This document shows positions 18,485 to 28,851 of a stretch of DNA of 63,025 nt, piece by piece. Source of the DNA: a virus (Duplodnaviria; Heunggongvirae; Uroviricota; Caudoviricetes). Both the position numbers and the translations under genes were made by a program. Location of the stretch: IMG/VR virus record IMGVR_UViG_3300031413_000001, one strand, 5' to 3'. The stretch's first letter is position 1. Each line of letters starts with the position of its first letter. The notes below the pieces were generated by a model, which did no database searches, was not told where the DNA came from, and was given only the letters and a program-made list of their open reading frames with translations.

Positions 18485-18742
18485 ATGACACAGTTTTCTT
18501 TTAACGACCGCGAATCGTACCTGGCTTATCGTGCCGACTGGCGCGCCCAGTACAAGGCTCTCACGCTGGAGATCCGTGCCAACAAGCGGGAACAGCGGAG
18601 CGAGACTGGTGAGGCAACCAGCAGCCTGCAGAGCAAGCTGCACTATCTCCGGCTGACCGCACGTCGGTTGATGGCGGAGCGCACGGCGGCCACCAAGTTC
18701 AAGAACGAGCAGATGGCCGCAGCCATCGCTGAAGCAGCGTAA
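18485..18742 (+). CDS. hypothetical helical protein
   Basis: GGAG SD; N-terminus similar to next gene. Confidence 0.7.
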   Translation: MTQFSFNDRESYLAYRADWRAQYKALTLEIRANKREQRSETGEATSSLQSKLHYLRLTARRLMAERTAATKFKNEQMAAAIAEAA

Positions 18743-18755
18743 GGGAGTAGAGACG

Positions 18756-19322
18756 ATGAGCGTTCATGGTATGCAGCCCAAGTTCACCGACTATGCTGGC
18801 TACAGCGCGTGGCGTTCCGATTGGCGTGAGCTTTATGCTCACGCTAGTGCGGACGTGGTGAAGAGCAAGAACAGCATCAAGCACTGGAACCGGATGGTCG
18901 TGAAGATGAAGTGCGGCGAACAGCGGGACAAGATCTGCGAGAACATCAGCAAGCTGACTGTTGAGCATGGTCACAAGCGAGCGGTTGCTCGTAAGCTGAA
19001 CACCGCGCTGGAAACGGCCAAGATCCGCTGGGCCCAGATCAAGGGCATGAAGGCCAGCATCTTGGAGCAGAAGAAGGAGTTTCCCTTGGAAGTGGAGGGC
19101 AAGAACATCGACTTCCACTTCAACAAAAAGAGCATGGAGTTCGACTTCATCCCCATGTGGGTTGTGAAGGCGCGGGGAAAGACCTTCTATGTCAATCACA
19201 TGGATTGTCAGGCGGGCTTTACGACCCGCGAGACCCCGGAGCACCCCTCAACCAAGGGATCACTCCGGGTCAAGCGTGGTACCCTGACAATTGATGCCGA
19301 GGGCAACGCGGTTATCAGTTAA
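18756..19322 (+). CDS. hypothetical phage protein
   Basis: GGAG SD; FHFNKK..PMWV..TTRETP C-terminal domain. Confidence 0.7.
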   Translation: MSVHGMQPKFTDYAGYSAWRSDWRELYAHASADVVKSKNSIKHWNRMVVKMKCGEQRDKICENISKLTVEHGHKRAVARKLNTALETAKIRWAQIKGMKASILEQKKEFPLEVEGKNIDFHFNKKSMEFDFIPMWVVKARGKTFYVNHMDCQAGFTTRETPEHPSTKGSLRVKRGTLTIDAEGNAVIS

Positions 19323-19768
19323 ATGTAAGGAGCGCAGACTTCGTCTAGTTTGTTGAGGAATTCATTGGGTTCCTCAACGGACTGGAAGGAGATAACAGCG
19401 TCCACTTCCGCCTTGGCTTCCATCTTGGACAGCAGATCGTCATAGGACTGACCGTCCATCCCAAGATTGATAGCTTCGGTCTTGAATGCTCCACGGAGCA
19501 GATCACCCAAGACTTCCTTTTGATCGTTCAGCTTATCCGATTGACTGATCAGTTGCCTCTTGGCCTTGCCAACCGCATGACGGCTTGCATAGCTGGGAAA
19601 GCTACTGGCAATCTCATAACCCACACGACAGTATGCCACACTCTGGACTTTGTCCATGTGGCGAGCCAGCTTGGCGTTGCGACTCAGCGGAGAAGCAACG
19701 GTTGCCGCAGTTGTAAATACAAGAAGAGCACCGGCTGCAATGCCGGCAAAGAGAAAAGCACGACGCAT
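19319..19768 (-). CDS. signal-peptide/membrane-anchored protein
   Basis: Hydrophobic N-terminus, GAGG SD. Confidence 0.65.
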   Translation of the reverse strand: MRRAFLFAGIAAGALLVFTTAATVASPLSRNAKLARHMDKVQSVAYCRVGYEIASSFPSYASRHAVGKAKRQLISQSDKLNDQKEVLGDLLRGAFKTEAINLGMDGQSYDDLLSKMEAKAEVDAVISFQSVEEPNEFLNKLDEVCAPYI

Positions 19769-19844
19769 GGGTAAGACCTCGACCTAGTTGTGCCAATATG
19801 CGGCTAAATTGACATCAAAGTCAATTGCCAAGTAGATTGGTGAT

Positions 19845-21113
19845 ATGAAAAAGATTCCACTGCACAGCTTAGTTATCCTGGTTGGACCTGCCGGTGGTGG
19901 AAAAACAACGGCAGCCAGCAAGTTTGCGTCCTATGAAATAATTGGCGCTGAAGCCGTGCGCTTTGAATTGATTGGGGATTTCCAGAGAATGGACATCAAC
20001 GATGTGGTCTTCCGAGAGATCCATCGACGTGCCCACATGAAGCTGGAAATGGGCGAACGTGTGGTCATTGATGCAACCAATCTTCGCAAAAAGGACCGTC
20101 TTGGACTGGCTGAGATTGGCGTCCGCCTTGGCGTTCCAATCTATTACATCGTATGTAATCGACCCCTTGAGGAAAAGCTCAAGGAAGCAGATAACAGTTG
20201 GCGTCACAGTCCACAAGGTATCATCACCAAGCATGAGCATGTTTTCCGCAACAATGAGCGGGATATTGTACGTGGCGATGGTGTTGCCAATGTGGTTGAT
20301 ACACGAGTTGAAAGCTTCTCCCCCATCAGCAAGATGCCAATCGGCGATATCCAAGTTCCAATTCGTGAGCGTGGATTTCGTGGTCTAATGGTTATCGGCG
20401 ATGTACATGGCATGATTGAACCAGTTAAGAATGCAACCGAGTGGGCACTTCAGCGTGGACTGTTTTGCGTTTTCCTCGGAGACATTGTTGACTATGGACC
20501 TGCTTCACTGGAGTGCGTGGACTACGTCTACGACATTGTGACACGTGGCCGGGGAATCACGCTTATGGGAAATCATGAACGTAAGATTGAGCGTTGGTTG
20601 GAGCAGTCCCGCTACAATGATGTGAGGGTTCGCCTAAGTGAGGGAAACAAGGTTACCACACGCGCCATTGATGCACTGAATCCTGACCAGCGTCGTCGCT
20701 TTGAAGTTCGTTTCCGAGCATTGCTGGGATTCTCTCGTCACCACTGGCTGGTAGGCAACACTTTGTTCACACATGGTGCTGCTGAGCCCGAGATGTTTGA
20801 GATGAACACTGGTCGACTGACTGGACGGTTTGAGACAATGGCTCTCTTTGGAGAAGTGGACAACACCGCTGCGCCTCGTCCAGATGGATACCCCACGAGG
20901 ATCTATGAATGGGTCAACCGCATTCCAGCAGGAAAGCGCGTGATGGTTGGTCACGACATTCGAAGCACCGTAATGCCCATGGTAGTGCAGGGAGACGCTG
21001 GTGGCGAGGCGTACTTTATGGACACTGGCTCGGGCAAGGGAGGTCGCCTAACAAGCGCCGACGTGTTGTTCCAGGGTGAGGACCTCAACGTAAAAGCCTT
21101 TAAGTATCACTGA
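19845..21113 (+). CDS. polynucleotide kinase-phosphatase (Pnkp-like kinase plus metallophosphoesterase)
   Basis: GPAGGGKT, DATN, GDVHG, GDIVDYG, GNHE, GH, DTG. Confidence 0.85.
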   Translation: MKKIPLHSLVILVGPAGGGKTTAASKFASYEIIGAEAVRFELIGDFQRMDINDVVFREIHRRAHMKLEMGERVVIDATNLRKKDRLGLAEIGVRLGVPIYYIVCNRPLEEKLKEADNSWRHSPQGIITKHEHVFRNNERDIVRGDGVANVVDTRVESFSPISKMPIGDIQVPIRERGFRGLMVIGDVHGMIEPVKNATEWALQRGLFCVFLGDIVDYGPASLECVDYVYDIVTRGRGITLMGNHERKIERWLEQSRYNDVRVRLSEGNKVTTRAIDALNPDQRRRFEVRFRALLGFSRHHWLVGNTLFTHGAAEPEMFEMNTGRLTGRFETMALFGEVDNTAAPRPDGYPTRIYEWVNRIPAGKRVMVGHDIRSTVMPMVVQGDAGGEAYFMDTGSGKGGRLTSADVLFQGEDLNVKAFKYH

Positions 21114-21228
21114 GTTAGCAAGTTTTTAGCCAGGCCCCGAAAAGAGTGGTTGACGTCCTAGTATGTAACCCACTATAAATAAGTCTGTGTAGGGGTACAC
21201 ACAACGCAGTAGAACGATTGGTGACCCA

Positions 21229-21804
21229 ATGTCTGACACTTTGATCCTCAACGCAGATGGCTTGCCCTTGAGCGTGGTGCCCTTGAGCACCCTCAACTGG
21301 CAGGCTGCCATCAAGCTTCAATTCCTCGAGAACGCCGAGGTCCTCGCGCTGTATGAGGACTGGGAAGTTCACAGCCCTTCGACCACGCTGGAAGTGCCTT
21401 CGGTGCTGATGTTGCGTGAGTACGTCAAGGTGGCTCGTGGGGTCAAGTTCAGCAAGGCCAACGTTTTGCTTCGCGACGACCACAAGTGCCAATACTGCGG
21501 ACTCAAGTCGCACGAGCTGAAGGAGCCCCTGACGCTCGACCACGTGGTTCCCAGGTTCCACGGTGGTAAGACTCGCTGGGAGAACGTGGTTGCCGCTTGC
21601 TCCAAGTGCAACTTGGAAAAGGCTCACTTCATGACCATGAAGCCCAAGTGCGGTACGCCCAAGCGTCCGGACTACTTCCAGCTGGTCGCCAAGTCCATGC
21701 AGATGCCCATCGAGGTACCGCATGAGTCTTGGATGGACTTCACTGGTTGGGATCCTTCGTTGGTGACTGTGAAGCCCAGGAAGCGTCGCAAGACCGGCCT
21801 CTAA
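21229..21804 (+). CDS. HNH endonuclease (McrA-like)
   Basis: RD..CQYCG, TLDHVVP, NVVAACSKCN. Confidence 0.9.
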   Translation: MSDTLILNADGLPLSVVPLSTLNWQAAIKLQFLENAEVLALYEDWEVHSPSTTLEVPSVLMLREYVKVARGVKFSKANVLLRDDHKCQYCGLKSHELKEPLTLDHVVPRFHGGKTRWENVVAACSKCNLEKAHFMTMKPKCGTPKRPDYFQLVAKSMQMPIEVPHESWMDFTGWDPSLVTVKPRKRRKTGL

Positions 21805-21814
21805 GGCTCTATTT

Positions 21815-21850
21815 TAGCGGCACTTAACTAAATACGGTTGAGTGCCGCTA
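21815..21850 (+). promoter_or_regulatory. late promoter TAAATA inside a 14-bp hairpin
   Basis: TAGCGGCACTTAAC-TAAATACG-GTTGAGTGCCGCTA. Confidence 0.6.
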
Positions 21851-21922
21851 TTATATTGATGTTCTGGTGTGGGTTCCTGTATTCTCTGAAGATCGGTAAA
21901 GAGTACCATCAAGGAGAATAGT

Positions 21923-22132
21923 ATGTCGGAAACCATCCAGGAAGAGGCTCCGCAGATCACGATCGTTGATTTGCAGAACATCCTCCAGGTCATTGATGTC
22001 GCAGCGACGCGCGGTGCCTACCGTGGCAATGAACTCACCAGCGTGGGTTCGGTTCGCGATAAGCTGGCCGCATTCCTCGAGGCAGTTGTGCCCAAGGAAG
22101 AGACCACCGATGAAGATCAGGCTGAAGCCTGA
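21923..22132 (+). CDS. small hypothetical phage protein
   Basis: AAGGAG SD. Confidence 0.75.
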   Translation: MSETIQEEAPQITIVDLQNILQVIDVAATRGAYRGNELTSVGSVRDKLAAFLEAVVPKEETTDEDQAEA

Positions 22133-22178
22133 TCTCATTGGAATGGCGAGATAATCGTCCAATAAGGAGAACTCTACA

Positions 22179-23318
22179 ATGAGCAATTTCAAGAAGCACG
22201 TTGGACGTATCAGGAACACTGATCGTCGCTGCGTGGTCGTTTACATGCAGATTCCAGGCAATGATGACAGCGCCCTCATCGTTGACACCGATGCACTACC
22301 CGATCGTTTCCACGACGCACTGATGGACGTCATTGACTCCACGGAAGGTCAGCAGGAAACACACCTTCACAAGCTGTTGGCTCGTCGCGTAATGCCCGAC
22401 ATGGGCACTGACATGATGAACGCATTCCACTCGCAGGGTCTGCTTCGTCCAATGGACATCGACAATGTTGTGATGTTCCCAGCACCAAACGCTCCTTGCC
22501 CACTTCGCACGATCGTTGATTACATCAACGGCAACCCCGAAGAGAAGGCAGAGATGGGTCAGCTGGAGAACCGCATCCTCGAGAATCAGAAGGCTGATGC
22601 TTCGCAGAGCCAGATTGATATCGCGCAGAACATGCTTCAGCAGGCGCAGGATCTCGAGAACAGCGCAAATGCCAAGCGTGAGCAGGCATACCGCATTGTG
22701 CCACATCTCCGCCCACAGGTGACGGATAGTCAAGAAGTAACCGAGGCATCGGAGTCTGCAGATGGTGAGAGCGATGAGTATCTAGACGAGCATCGCGCTG
22801 CCAACGAGGGAATGGTCATTCCAAGTGATCCAGAAGAGCCAAGCGTTGCGGTTGCTGATGCACCCGTCGACGAGTCGGCTCCAGCCCCTGAATACGACTT
22901 CGTGGTAAACGATAGTCCAGAGGCTGCCAGCGAACCACTGGTTCCTGGTCCGGTTTACACCCTGAATCCCGGTGATGTTGTGGAAGACCTTCACGACAAC
23001 TTCAGGACTTCCGATGAGCCACTTCCAACCCAGACGGAACTCAATGGCATTGCCAAGGAAGTTTTCGAGGATGACGATGATGGTGCGGAGTATGACGACA
23101 AGGGAAACCGCGTTGACACTTCCGACGAGGCAGTCCAGGCATTCCTGGATCGCGTTGCCCATCGTGCAGACTTGGCCGACAAGGAACTCCAGGAAAGCCT
23201 AAAGCCCAAGCAGCCAGTTGGTCGCCCTCGCAATGATGGCAAGCCCGCTGGTACGAAGGTTGAAGCACCTGCTCCCGAGCCAAAGAAGCGCGGTCGTCCG
23301 CCCAAGGCAAAGAAGTAA
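22179..23318 (+). CDS. acidic protein with C-terminal AT-hook-like motifs
   Basis: VGRPR and KKRGRPPK. Confidence 0.7.
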   Translation: MSNFKKHVGRIRNTDRRCVVVYMQIPGNDDSALIVDTDALPDRFHDALMDVIDSTEGQQETHLHKLLARRVMPDMGTDMMNAFHSQGLLRPMDIDNVVMFPAPNAPCPLRTIVDYINGNPEEKAEMGQLENRILENQKADASQSQIDIAQNMLQQAQDLENSANAKREQAYRIVPHLRPQVTDSQEVTEASESADGESDEYLDEHRAANEGMVIPSDPEEPSVAVADAPVDESAPAPEYDFVVNDSPEAASEPLVPGPVYTLNPGDVVEDLHDNFRTSDEPLPTQTELNGIAKEVFEDDDDGAEYDDKGNRVDTSDEAVQAFLDRVAHRADLADKELQESLKPKQPVGRPRNDGKPAGTKVEAPAPEPKKRGRPPKAKK

Positions 23319-23575
23319 TGCTTGAGCGTATCATCGATCTCATCCGTGAGGAGCGTCAGCGTCAGGCTGACCTTCCCGGAAGTGAGTGGGATGCCAAGAA
23401 TACCCCAGCCGACTGGGTAGCGATTGCTACTCACTATGTGGGCTCTGAGGTTCGCCGCAACGGAAGTGTTCCGTTTGCTGAGGACTTTGAAGACCAGTTG
23501 GTAAAGGCTGCGGCAGTGATTGTCGCCGCTTTGGAAAATCTAGAAGTCATGAAGGCTCGCGAAGAACTTCAATAA
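23318..23575 (+). CDS. hypothetical protein (possibly MazG-like helical)
   Basis: EERQRQ...QLVKAAAVIVAALE. Confidence 0.55.
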   Translation: MLERIIDLIREERQRQADLPGSEWDAKNTPADWVAIATHYVGSEVRRNGSVPFAEDFEDQLVKAAAVIVAALENLEVMKAREELQ

Positions 23576-23635
23576 TGCACTTCATGGTTGGTTAATGTAG
23601 AATCCTGGTTAGTGTAATGCTAACCAGGATTTTCT

Positions 23636-24100
23636 ATGAGCAGCAAACAACGTCGTTACCCTACCAAAAACCTTGGTATCTCCAAAGGCTACGCGGTAGC
23701 TTCCAGCAACAGTTCCAATTATCAGAGGGAAAGCAATCCCTTTGGTCCAGGCATGGCCGAGAGCGTCTTCAACGTCTACGACGATGACCTGGATGAATGC
23801 GTCAGCGACTACAGTGAAAAGTGCTATGACGCGGAAGTTGATCAGGAAGACATGTATGATGGTGTCCTCCAGAGCTTTCACTTCCGCTATCAGGAAGACC
23901 TCGATCTGGAAACCAACGCAGAGCGCGAAGAGCGCCTAAAGCGATCCATCCGTCGCTTTGAATCAGCATACCGGAAGATGAGCCTCTATGCTCTAAAGTG
24001 GGCATACCTCGAGGAAGAGGTTGAGGATGATGAGCAGGTTCGCAAAATGTTCAAGGACATGCAGATGATCCGGAAACTTCGTGGCAGCGATGCCGTCTAA
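23636..24100 (+). CDS. hypothetical protein
   Basis: ORF. Confidence 0.65.
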   Translation: MSSKQRRYPTKNLGISKGYAVASSNSSNYQRESNPFGPGMAESVFNVYDDDLDECVSDYSEKCYDAEVDQEDMYDGVLQSFHFRYQEDLDLETNAEREERLKRSIRRFESAYRKMSLYALKWAYLEEEVEDDEQVRKMFKDMQMIRKLRGSDAV

Positions 24101-24374
24101 GGACAAGATCCAGGGCTACAGCTTTTTAAAGGACAGGGATGCTGCCATTGAAGCCCTGGACAAAAGCCAGACGCGAGTTGCCAACTTGGAGTCGCATGTC
24201 AGGACCCTAAAGGAACAAATGGGCGACATGAACCGGCGGCTAAGTAGCTGTGAGCCAAAGGCACAACACTTCGATGAGCTGTTGGCAGCCGTCAAAGGAA
24301 ATGAACTCGTCCGTGCCGCGTGGGACAAGATGATGATGACCCTGCGGATTACTGGACATGATAAAAGAGAGTAA
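24090..24374 (+). CDS. coiled-coil hypothetical protein
   Basis: ORF. Confidence 0.6.
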   Translation: MPSKDKIQGYSFLKDRDAAIEALDKSQTRVANLESHVRTLKEQMGDMNRRLSSCEPKAQHFDELLAAVKGNELVRAAWDKMMMTLRITGHDKRE

Positions 24375-24835
24375 TGGGCATGGACGAGACACCTGAGACA
24401 AACCCCCTGATTGTTAATCAGCCCACCGACAAGAACTTCTACGACGATCTGTTGAAAAAGTACGCGGAAGATCTAAAGTTCAACGTGGTGTCCGAACACT
24501 ACACCATGCCCACCACGATCACGTCCTTTCCAAATTATCATGATCAGTATAGCTTGAATCACACCATTCCATCGCCCGTCAACTGGAATACTGTGATCTA
24601 CAGTGACAACTTGAAGACCTATCAGGTGTCTCCGCAAGTTGGAAAGCATGACAGCAAGGTGGAAGTCCGCATGGACGACAATTCCGTCGAGCACATCACC
24701 CGTGAAGAACTAGTTAAATACATTAGTGAACGAAAGGCTATTCGAGAGAATCCACTCGTTCGCAAATTGTATGAGAGGCTACAAGTAGCCCTCAAGCTCT
24801 CGAGGAGTGATGACAATGGCGAAACAGGAATTTGA
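24374..24835 (+). CDS. hypothetical protein
   Basis: TAATG overlap. Confidence 0.65.
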   Translation: MGMDETPETNPLIVNQPTDKNFYDDLLKKYAEDLKFNVVSEHYTMPTTITSFPNYHDQYSLNHTIPSPVNWNTVIYSDNLKTYQVSPQVGKHDSKVEVRMDDNSVEHITREELVKYISERKAIRENPLVRKLYERLQVALKLSRSDDNGETGI

Positions 24836-25091
24836 GGACGTGCTGGACCGAATCCTAGCTGAGATTGACCCAGAGCACGTTCCGGTTGAATTCGTTGAAG
24901 GTGCCTGTGTCACCGACACCGAAGAAGAAACCTATATCATCTCCAGAGAAGAACTGGAAGAGATCATGCTTGATGAAGCCTCGCTTGAAGAGCAGGGAAT
25001 CAGCGAGCTGGGCTTGATCTTGAATCTTCCTGAAGTGAAGGCTACCATTCGTCATTATAGCGAAATCATTCTAAAGGATATCGCGCTTTAA
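24816..25091 (+). CDS. acidic hypothetical protein
   Basis: GAGGAG SD. Confidence 0.65.
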   Translation: MAKQEFEDVLDRILAEIDPEHVPVEFVEGACVTDTEEETYIISREELEEIMLDEASLEEQGISELGLILNLPEVKATIRHYSEIILKDIAL

Positions 25092-25158
25092 GCCACTCCC
25101 AGTGTATAGTCTGGATTGAGAAACAAAACACTCAATCCAGATTACACAGGAGTGTAGA

Positions 25159-26088
25159 ATGACCCTTCAAACTGACGTTACTGGCGATGCTCGTTACGTT
25201 CCCATCTTGGATCACGGCTTCGTAGGCCTGGTTGACCACATGGGTGACGATGCAGCGATTGTCAGCGCAGCGCGAGTGTCCTACGGCGACGGCACCAAGA
25301 GTGTTCGTGAGGATCGTGGACTTATCCGCTACTTGGTGCGCCACAAGCATACCAGCCCCCTTGAGATGTGCGAAGTAAAGCTGCATCTCAAACTTCCCAT
25401 CTTTGTCATGCGCCAGCTGGTTCGTCACCGGACTTCGAGCCTCAATGAGTACTCGGGTCGCTACTCGGTACTGACTGATGAGATGTACATTCCACAGTTG
25501 GAAAACATCCAGCCACAGAGCGCGCTGAACAAGCAGGGTCGTGGAGGCGATATGGATCCGCAGGATCAGGTCGTGGCACAAAAGCTTCTAGCCGACGCAA
25601 CCCGCCACTCTCACGCCGTCTATAAGGCCCTGCTGGGCGAGGGCAGCAATGAAGCACTGGGCTTCACAGAGGACTTCCCTGGCATGACTCGTGAACTGGC
25701 ACGTATCACGATGCCAGTGGCCGGCTACACGGAGCTCTACTGGAAGCAGAATCTCCACAACTTGTTCCACATGCTTCGCCTCCGTGAAGACTCCCATGCT
25801 CAGTGGGAGATCCAGGAGTTTGCACGTGGTATCTACAAGCTGATTCAGCCACTCTTCCCAGCAGCTTGTGAGGCCTATGAGGATTATATCCGGGACAGCA
25901 AGACGTTCAGCGGAATGGAAGTAGAACTTCTCCAGGCACTGATCAACCGCAGCAATGAGTTCGATCTTTCCTTCAAGGAAGCATACGATCACATTCAGGC
26001 GCAGTTCAGCACTGAAGCAGAGTTCATTGAACACTTCCGAATGAGCAAGCGTGAGCTTGGTGAGTTCAAGACCACGTTCAACCTCTAA
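25159..26088 (+). CDS. thyX: FAD-dependent thymidylate synthase
   Basis: AARVSY, HTSPLE, RHRTSSLNEYSGRY, HAQWEI. Confidence 0.95.
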   Translation: MTLQTDVTGDARYVPILDHGFVGLVDHMGDDAAIVSAARVSYGDGTKSVREDRGLIRYLVRHKHTSPLEMCEVKLHLKLPIFVMRQLVRHRTSSLNEYSGRYSVLTDEMYIPQLENIQPQSALNKQGRGGDMDPQDQVVAQKLLADATRHSHAVYKALLGEGSNEALGFTEDFPGMTRELARITMPVAGYTELYWKQNLHNLFHMLRLREDSHAQWEIQEFARGIYKLIQPLFPAACEAYEDYIRDSKTFSGMEVELLQALINRSNEFDLSFKEAYDHIQAQFSTEAEFIEHFRMSKRELGEFKTTFNL

Positions 26089-26104
26089 GCAGGGTGTTCA
26101 GTCA

Positions 26105-26139
26105 AGAAAAAGCCTGGGAGTAAACTCCCAGGCTTTTCT
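26105..26139. terminator. bidirectional terminator between convergent genes
   Basis: AAAAGCCTGGGAG-TAAA-CTCCCAGGCTTTT. Confidence 0.8.
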
Positions 26140-26140
26140 G

Positions 26141-27832
26141 TTATACCCTTGTGATCGAAAAGCTACCACTGTAGCCGGGCAAGAGCGAACTACTGGACAG
26201 GTTGACATTCTGACGAGAACTGGGAACCAGATCCTTCATCATAGCAGTTCCTGAAAAGTCCGCCGATAGCCAGTTGGTACCCTTTACATAACTGCTGGAA
26301 CCATAACCGCTGATCAAGTTAACATTTTGCAACATTTTGGGGCCTGTAACATCCAAAGTCACAGTGCCAGTCAAATTTGCTCCTGAAAAAATCTGAAGCC
26401 TCCAGCCGGTTGGCACCACAATGCTCATAGCCGGCGAGGAGGTCTTCAGCTTCTTTGCTGTTGGAAACGCAGAAGCAACACTGAATGTTCCAGGACCAAA
26501 AATATACCAGTTGTCCGCAGAAGCGATCTTGGCTGATGTAATTTCGATGATTGGAATACTCTCATCCTGGACGCCATAGTTTTGGAAACCAATAGCTGCA
26601 TATCCAGGTCCGCCATTGTCAACAGGGGGAACGTAGACGGGGTCGTTCCCTGAATCAAAACCCACTGTACCGATAGCAACCCAATTGAAGCCGTCAATAC
26701 GCTTGTCCTCATCTCGCGCAGCCTGATACTGGGCCGTGAAGCCTCCAGCATCACCGCCGCCCAACACATCAACCCACATATCAGCGCGGGTGTTGAAGCT
26801 TGCAAGATAAGGGCTCACCGAAATGTTCTTCGCCAAGCCTGTAAAGGCAATTGGGAAGTTCTGGTACACCGAGATTTCCGTATAGCTGGTGCCACGATAC
26901 TGACCCCACTGCATACAAAAGCCACCGGCGAAGATCACGTAACCCTGGGTTCCGTAGCTTGCGCTGGTGATAACCTGCTGAGGATTGCCGTCGGCGCCCT
27001 TGGGGCCTGCTGGACCACCTGGGCCCTGTGGACCTTGAGGACCTGCTGGACCTTGAGGACCAACCGAACCAGCGCCACCAGCACCTGCTGGGCCTTGAGC
27101 ACCAGTATCGCCCTTGGGTCCCTGTGGACCTGCTGGGCCCTGGGGTCCCTGAGCACCACTCGTTGGATCCGGACCATTGAAGCTGACCTGGCCAGTCTGG
27201 GTGTTGACGTCAATATAACGACCACCGTAGAAAACAGCCCTTGCTCGACCATCGCTGAAATAAAGCTGGTCGCCTTCTGCAATGTGGCTTGTGGACAGTG
27301 GAACATTCTGCTGTCCATCAAAGCCAATACCACCGTTACGCGATCCAAAGACCCGAGCAGTCGTTAGCCTGTCTGCGGAATCAGCGTGACCGGAATTGGT
27401 TGCATACTGAACGCTTTCCTTTTGTGCTGGAAGACTTTCGGCGGGAACCTTGCCATCAGCACCACGAACAACCAGCGAACCAGGAGTTGGGTTGAGGTCA
27501 GGAAAAGCTGCCACACCATTGTAAAGCAGACCAGCACGATTGTTCGCAACGTCGATTACGAACAGCTTGGTCCACTGACCAGACCTGGTGTACTGACGCA
27601 GGATTGGAAAGTTGGCATCCGCAGTGTCATACCACAACTGGCCGACCAGCGGATTTGCCGGAGAAGCAGGGCTCGCAAAGTTCTCAGCCACACGGACAAA
27701 GTCTTCTGCGATCTCTTCACCATAGTTGACGTACCCATAGCCCAAGAGAGCAAGACCAGCAACGATCTCCTTCTTGTAGTCGCTGACAACAGCGACAATG
27801 CTACCGGTACTATTGTTGACTACATAAGCCAT
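26141..27832 (-). CDS. tail fiber protein with collagen-like repeat
   Basis: G-X-Y repeats, MQWG...FPIAF fiber-tip module. Confidence 0.8.
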   Translation of the reverse strand: MAYVVNNSTGSIVAVVSDYKKEIVAGLALLGYGYVNYGEEIAEDFVRVAENFASPASPANPLVGQLWYDTADANFPILRQYTRSGQWTKLFVIDVANNRAGLLYNGVAAFPDLNPTPGSLVVRGADGKVPAESLPAQKESVQYATNSGHADSADRLTTARVFGSRNGGIGFDGQQNVPLSTSHIAEGDQLYFSDGRARAVFYGGRYIDVNTQTGQVSFNGPDPTSGAQGPQGPAGPQGPKGDTGAQGPAGAGGAGSVGPQGPAGPQGPQGPGGPAGPKGADGNPQQVITSASYGTQGYVIFAGGFCMQWGQYRGTSYTEISVYQNFPIAFTGLAKNISVSPYLASFNTRADMWVDVLGGGDAGGFTAQYQAARDEDKRIDGFNWVAIGTVGFDSGNDPVYVPPVDNGGPGYAAIGFQNYGVQDESIPIIEITSAKIASADNWYIFGPGTFSVASAFPTAKKLKTSSPAMSIVVPTGWRLQIFSGANLTGTVTLDVTGPKMLQNVNLISGYGSSSYVKGTNWLSADFSGTAMMKDLVPSSRQNVNLSSSSLLPGYSGSFSITRV

Positions 27833-27838
27833 AGTACC

Positions 27839-28225
27839 TTACTCCTTGGTGTTTGGATTAATAGGCCAGACAACCCTTGTGGGGTCCTTGTACTTGGTCG
27901 TGATATCCCTCAGAGCCTGACGATAATCTGCCCACTCCGTCTTTTGCTCATCGGTTAGAGCATTGTCGGGAAGCTGGGTCCAATCACACTTTGTCAGGAG
28001 AGTATCACGACGTTCTCGGATCTGATCCCAAGTGATTGGAGGAATGACTTGAGTTTCCAGCTTGAGCTTTCGACCCTTGTAGACAATCCTCTTGCCATCA
28101 CCCACTGCGGCCTGAAGAGCCGCATATTCTTCCTTATCCACTTCGAAGACATCGCCGGGGATGTAAGGATGAACGCCTTCAAGATAAAATGCAGCTAACT
28201 CAGGGCTGTAAAAGATTTTGTTCAT
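27839..28225 (-). CDS. tail fiber assembly chaperone
   Basis: RERRDTLL..DWTQLPD...YRQALRDI...WP. Confidence 0.8.
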   Translation of the reverse strand: MNKIFYSPELAAFYLEGVHPYIPGDVFEVDKEEYAALQAAVGDGKRIVYKGRKLKLETQVIPPITWDQIRERRDTLLTKCDWTQLPDNALTDEQKTEWADYRQALRDITTKYKDPTRVVWPINPNTKE

Positions 28226-28256
28226 ATCTTATCCTATAATCTGCTTACTTAGTGGA

Positions 28257-28820
28257 TTAGCTCATCTGAATCCTGAGGGTATAGACAACCTCAATCAGAC
28301 GATTCAGAGACTTCTGGATGGGATTGAAGATAACGTGAGTCAAGAGAACTCCCTCGTTGGTCTTCAAACCCAGCTCATCGAACACAAAAGTATCATCGCT
28401 GTTGGTACCGGTATCAAAGGCTTCCTGACCACTGGGTTCATTGTAATCAAGCGTACAGGTTACGACAATGTCAGTGTATGGCGTGCCCTGAAGGTGCTTG
28501 ACTTCGATGAAGTTGGTGTTGCTTCCTGTGATCAGCTTTTTATACGAGGGATCATAGAGATCGGCCTTAGGATCCTGCGTGTTGGTTGGAAAGTAGGTGA
28601 TAGCACCTGTTCCGCTAACCGCTGATCCACCATTACCAAAGTCCATGGCGTAGATAAAGCCTTCGAGTTTTCCAGCCATCGCGTAGCCAATGGCTAGACT
28701 CATGTTTTCATAGTGGATGGCGTTCTTCTTGTCCAACAGAACCAGACCAGACTCAGGATCACGAATTAGAACGTGACCTTGAATCTTGGAAAGAACTGTA
28801 TCCTTGAAATCTTCGCTCAT
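28257..28820 (-). CDS. virion/baseplate structural protein
   Basis: FGNGG, FDELGL, THVIF..IQKS; within tail module. Confidence 0.65.
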   Translation of the reverse strand: MSEDFKDTVLSKIQGHVLIRDPESGLVLLDKKNAIHYENMSLAIGYAMAGKLEGFIYAMDFGNGGSAVSGTGAITYFPTNTQDPKADLYDPSYKKLITGSNTNFIEVKHLQGTPYTDIVVTCTLDYNEPSGQEAFDTGTNSDDTFVFDELGLKTNEGVLLTHVIFNPIQKSLNRLIEVVYTLRIQMS

Positions 28821-28851
28821 GGTGTGTCCACTCCTATTATATGCGTATTTA

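Noticed and set aside
21229-21804. HNH as an intron-encoded mobile element
   Set aside because: Free-standing with its own promoter, and flanking genes are intact.
26990-27160. GC-rich 9-bp periodic repeats
   Set aside because: Explained by collagen G-X-Y coding in the tail fiber.
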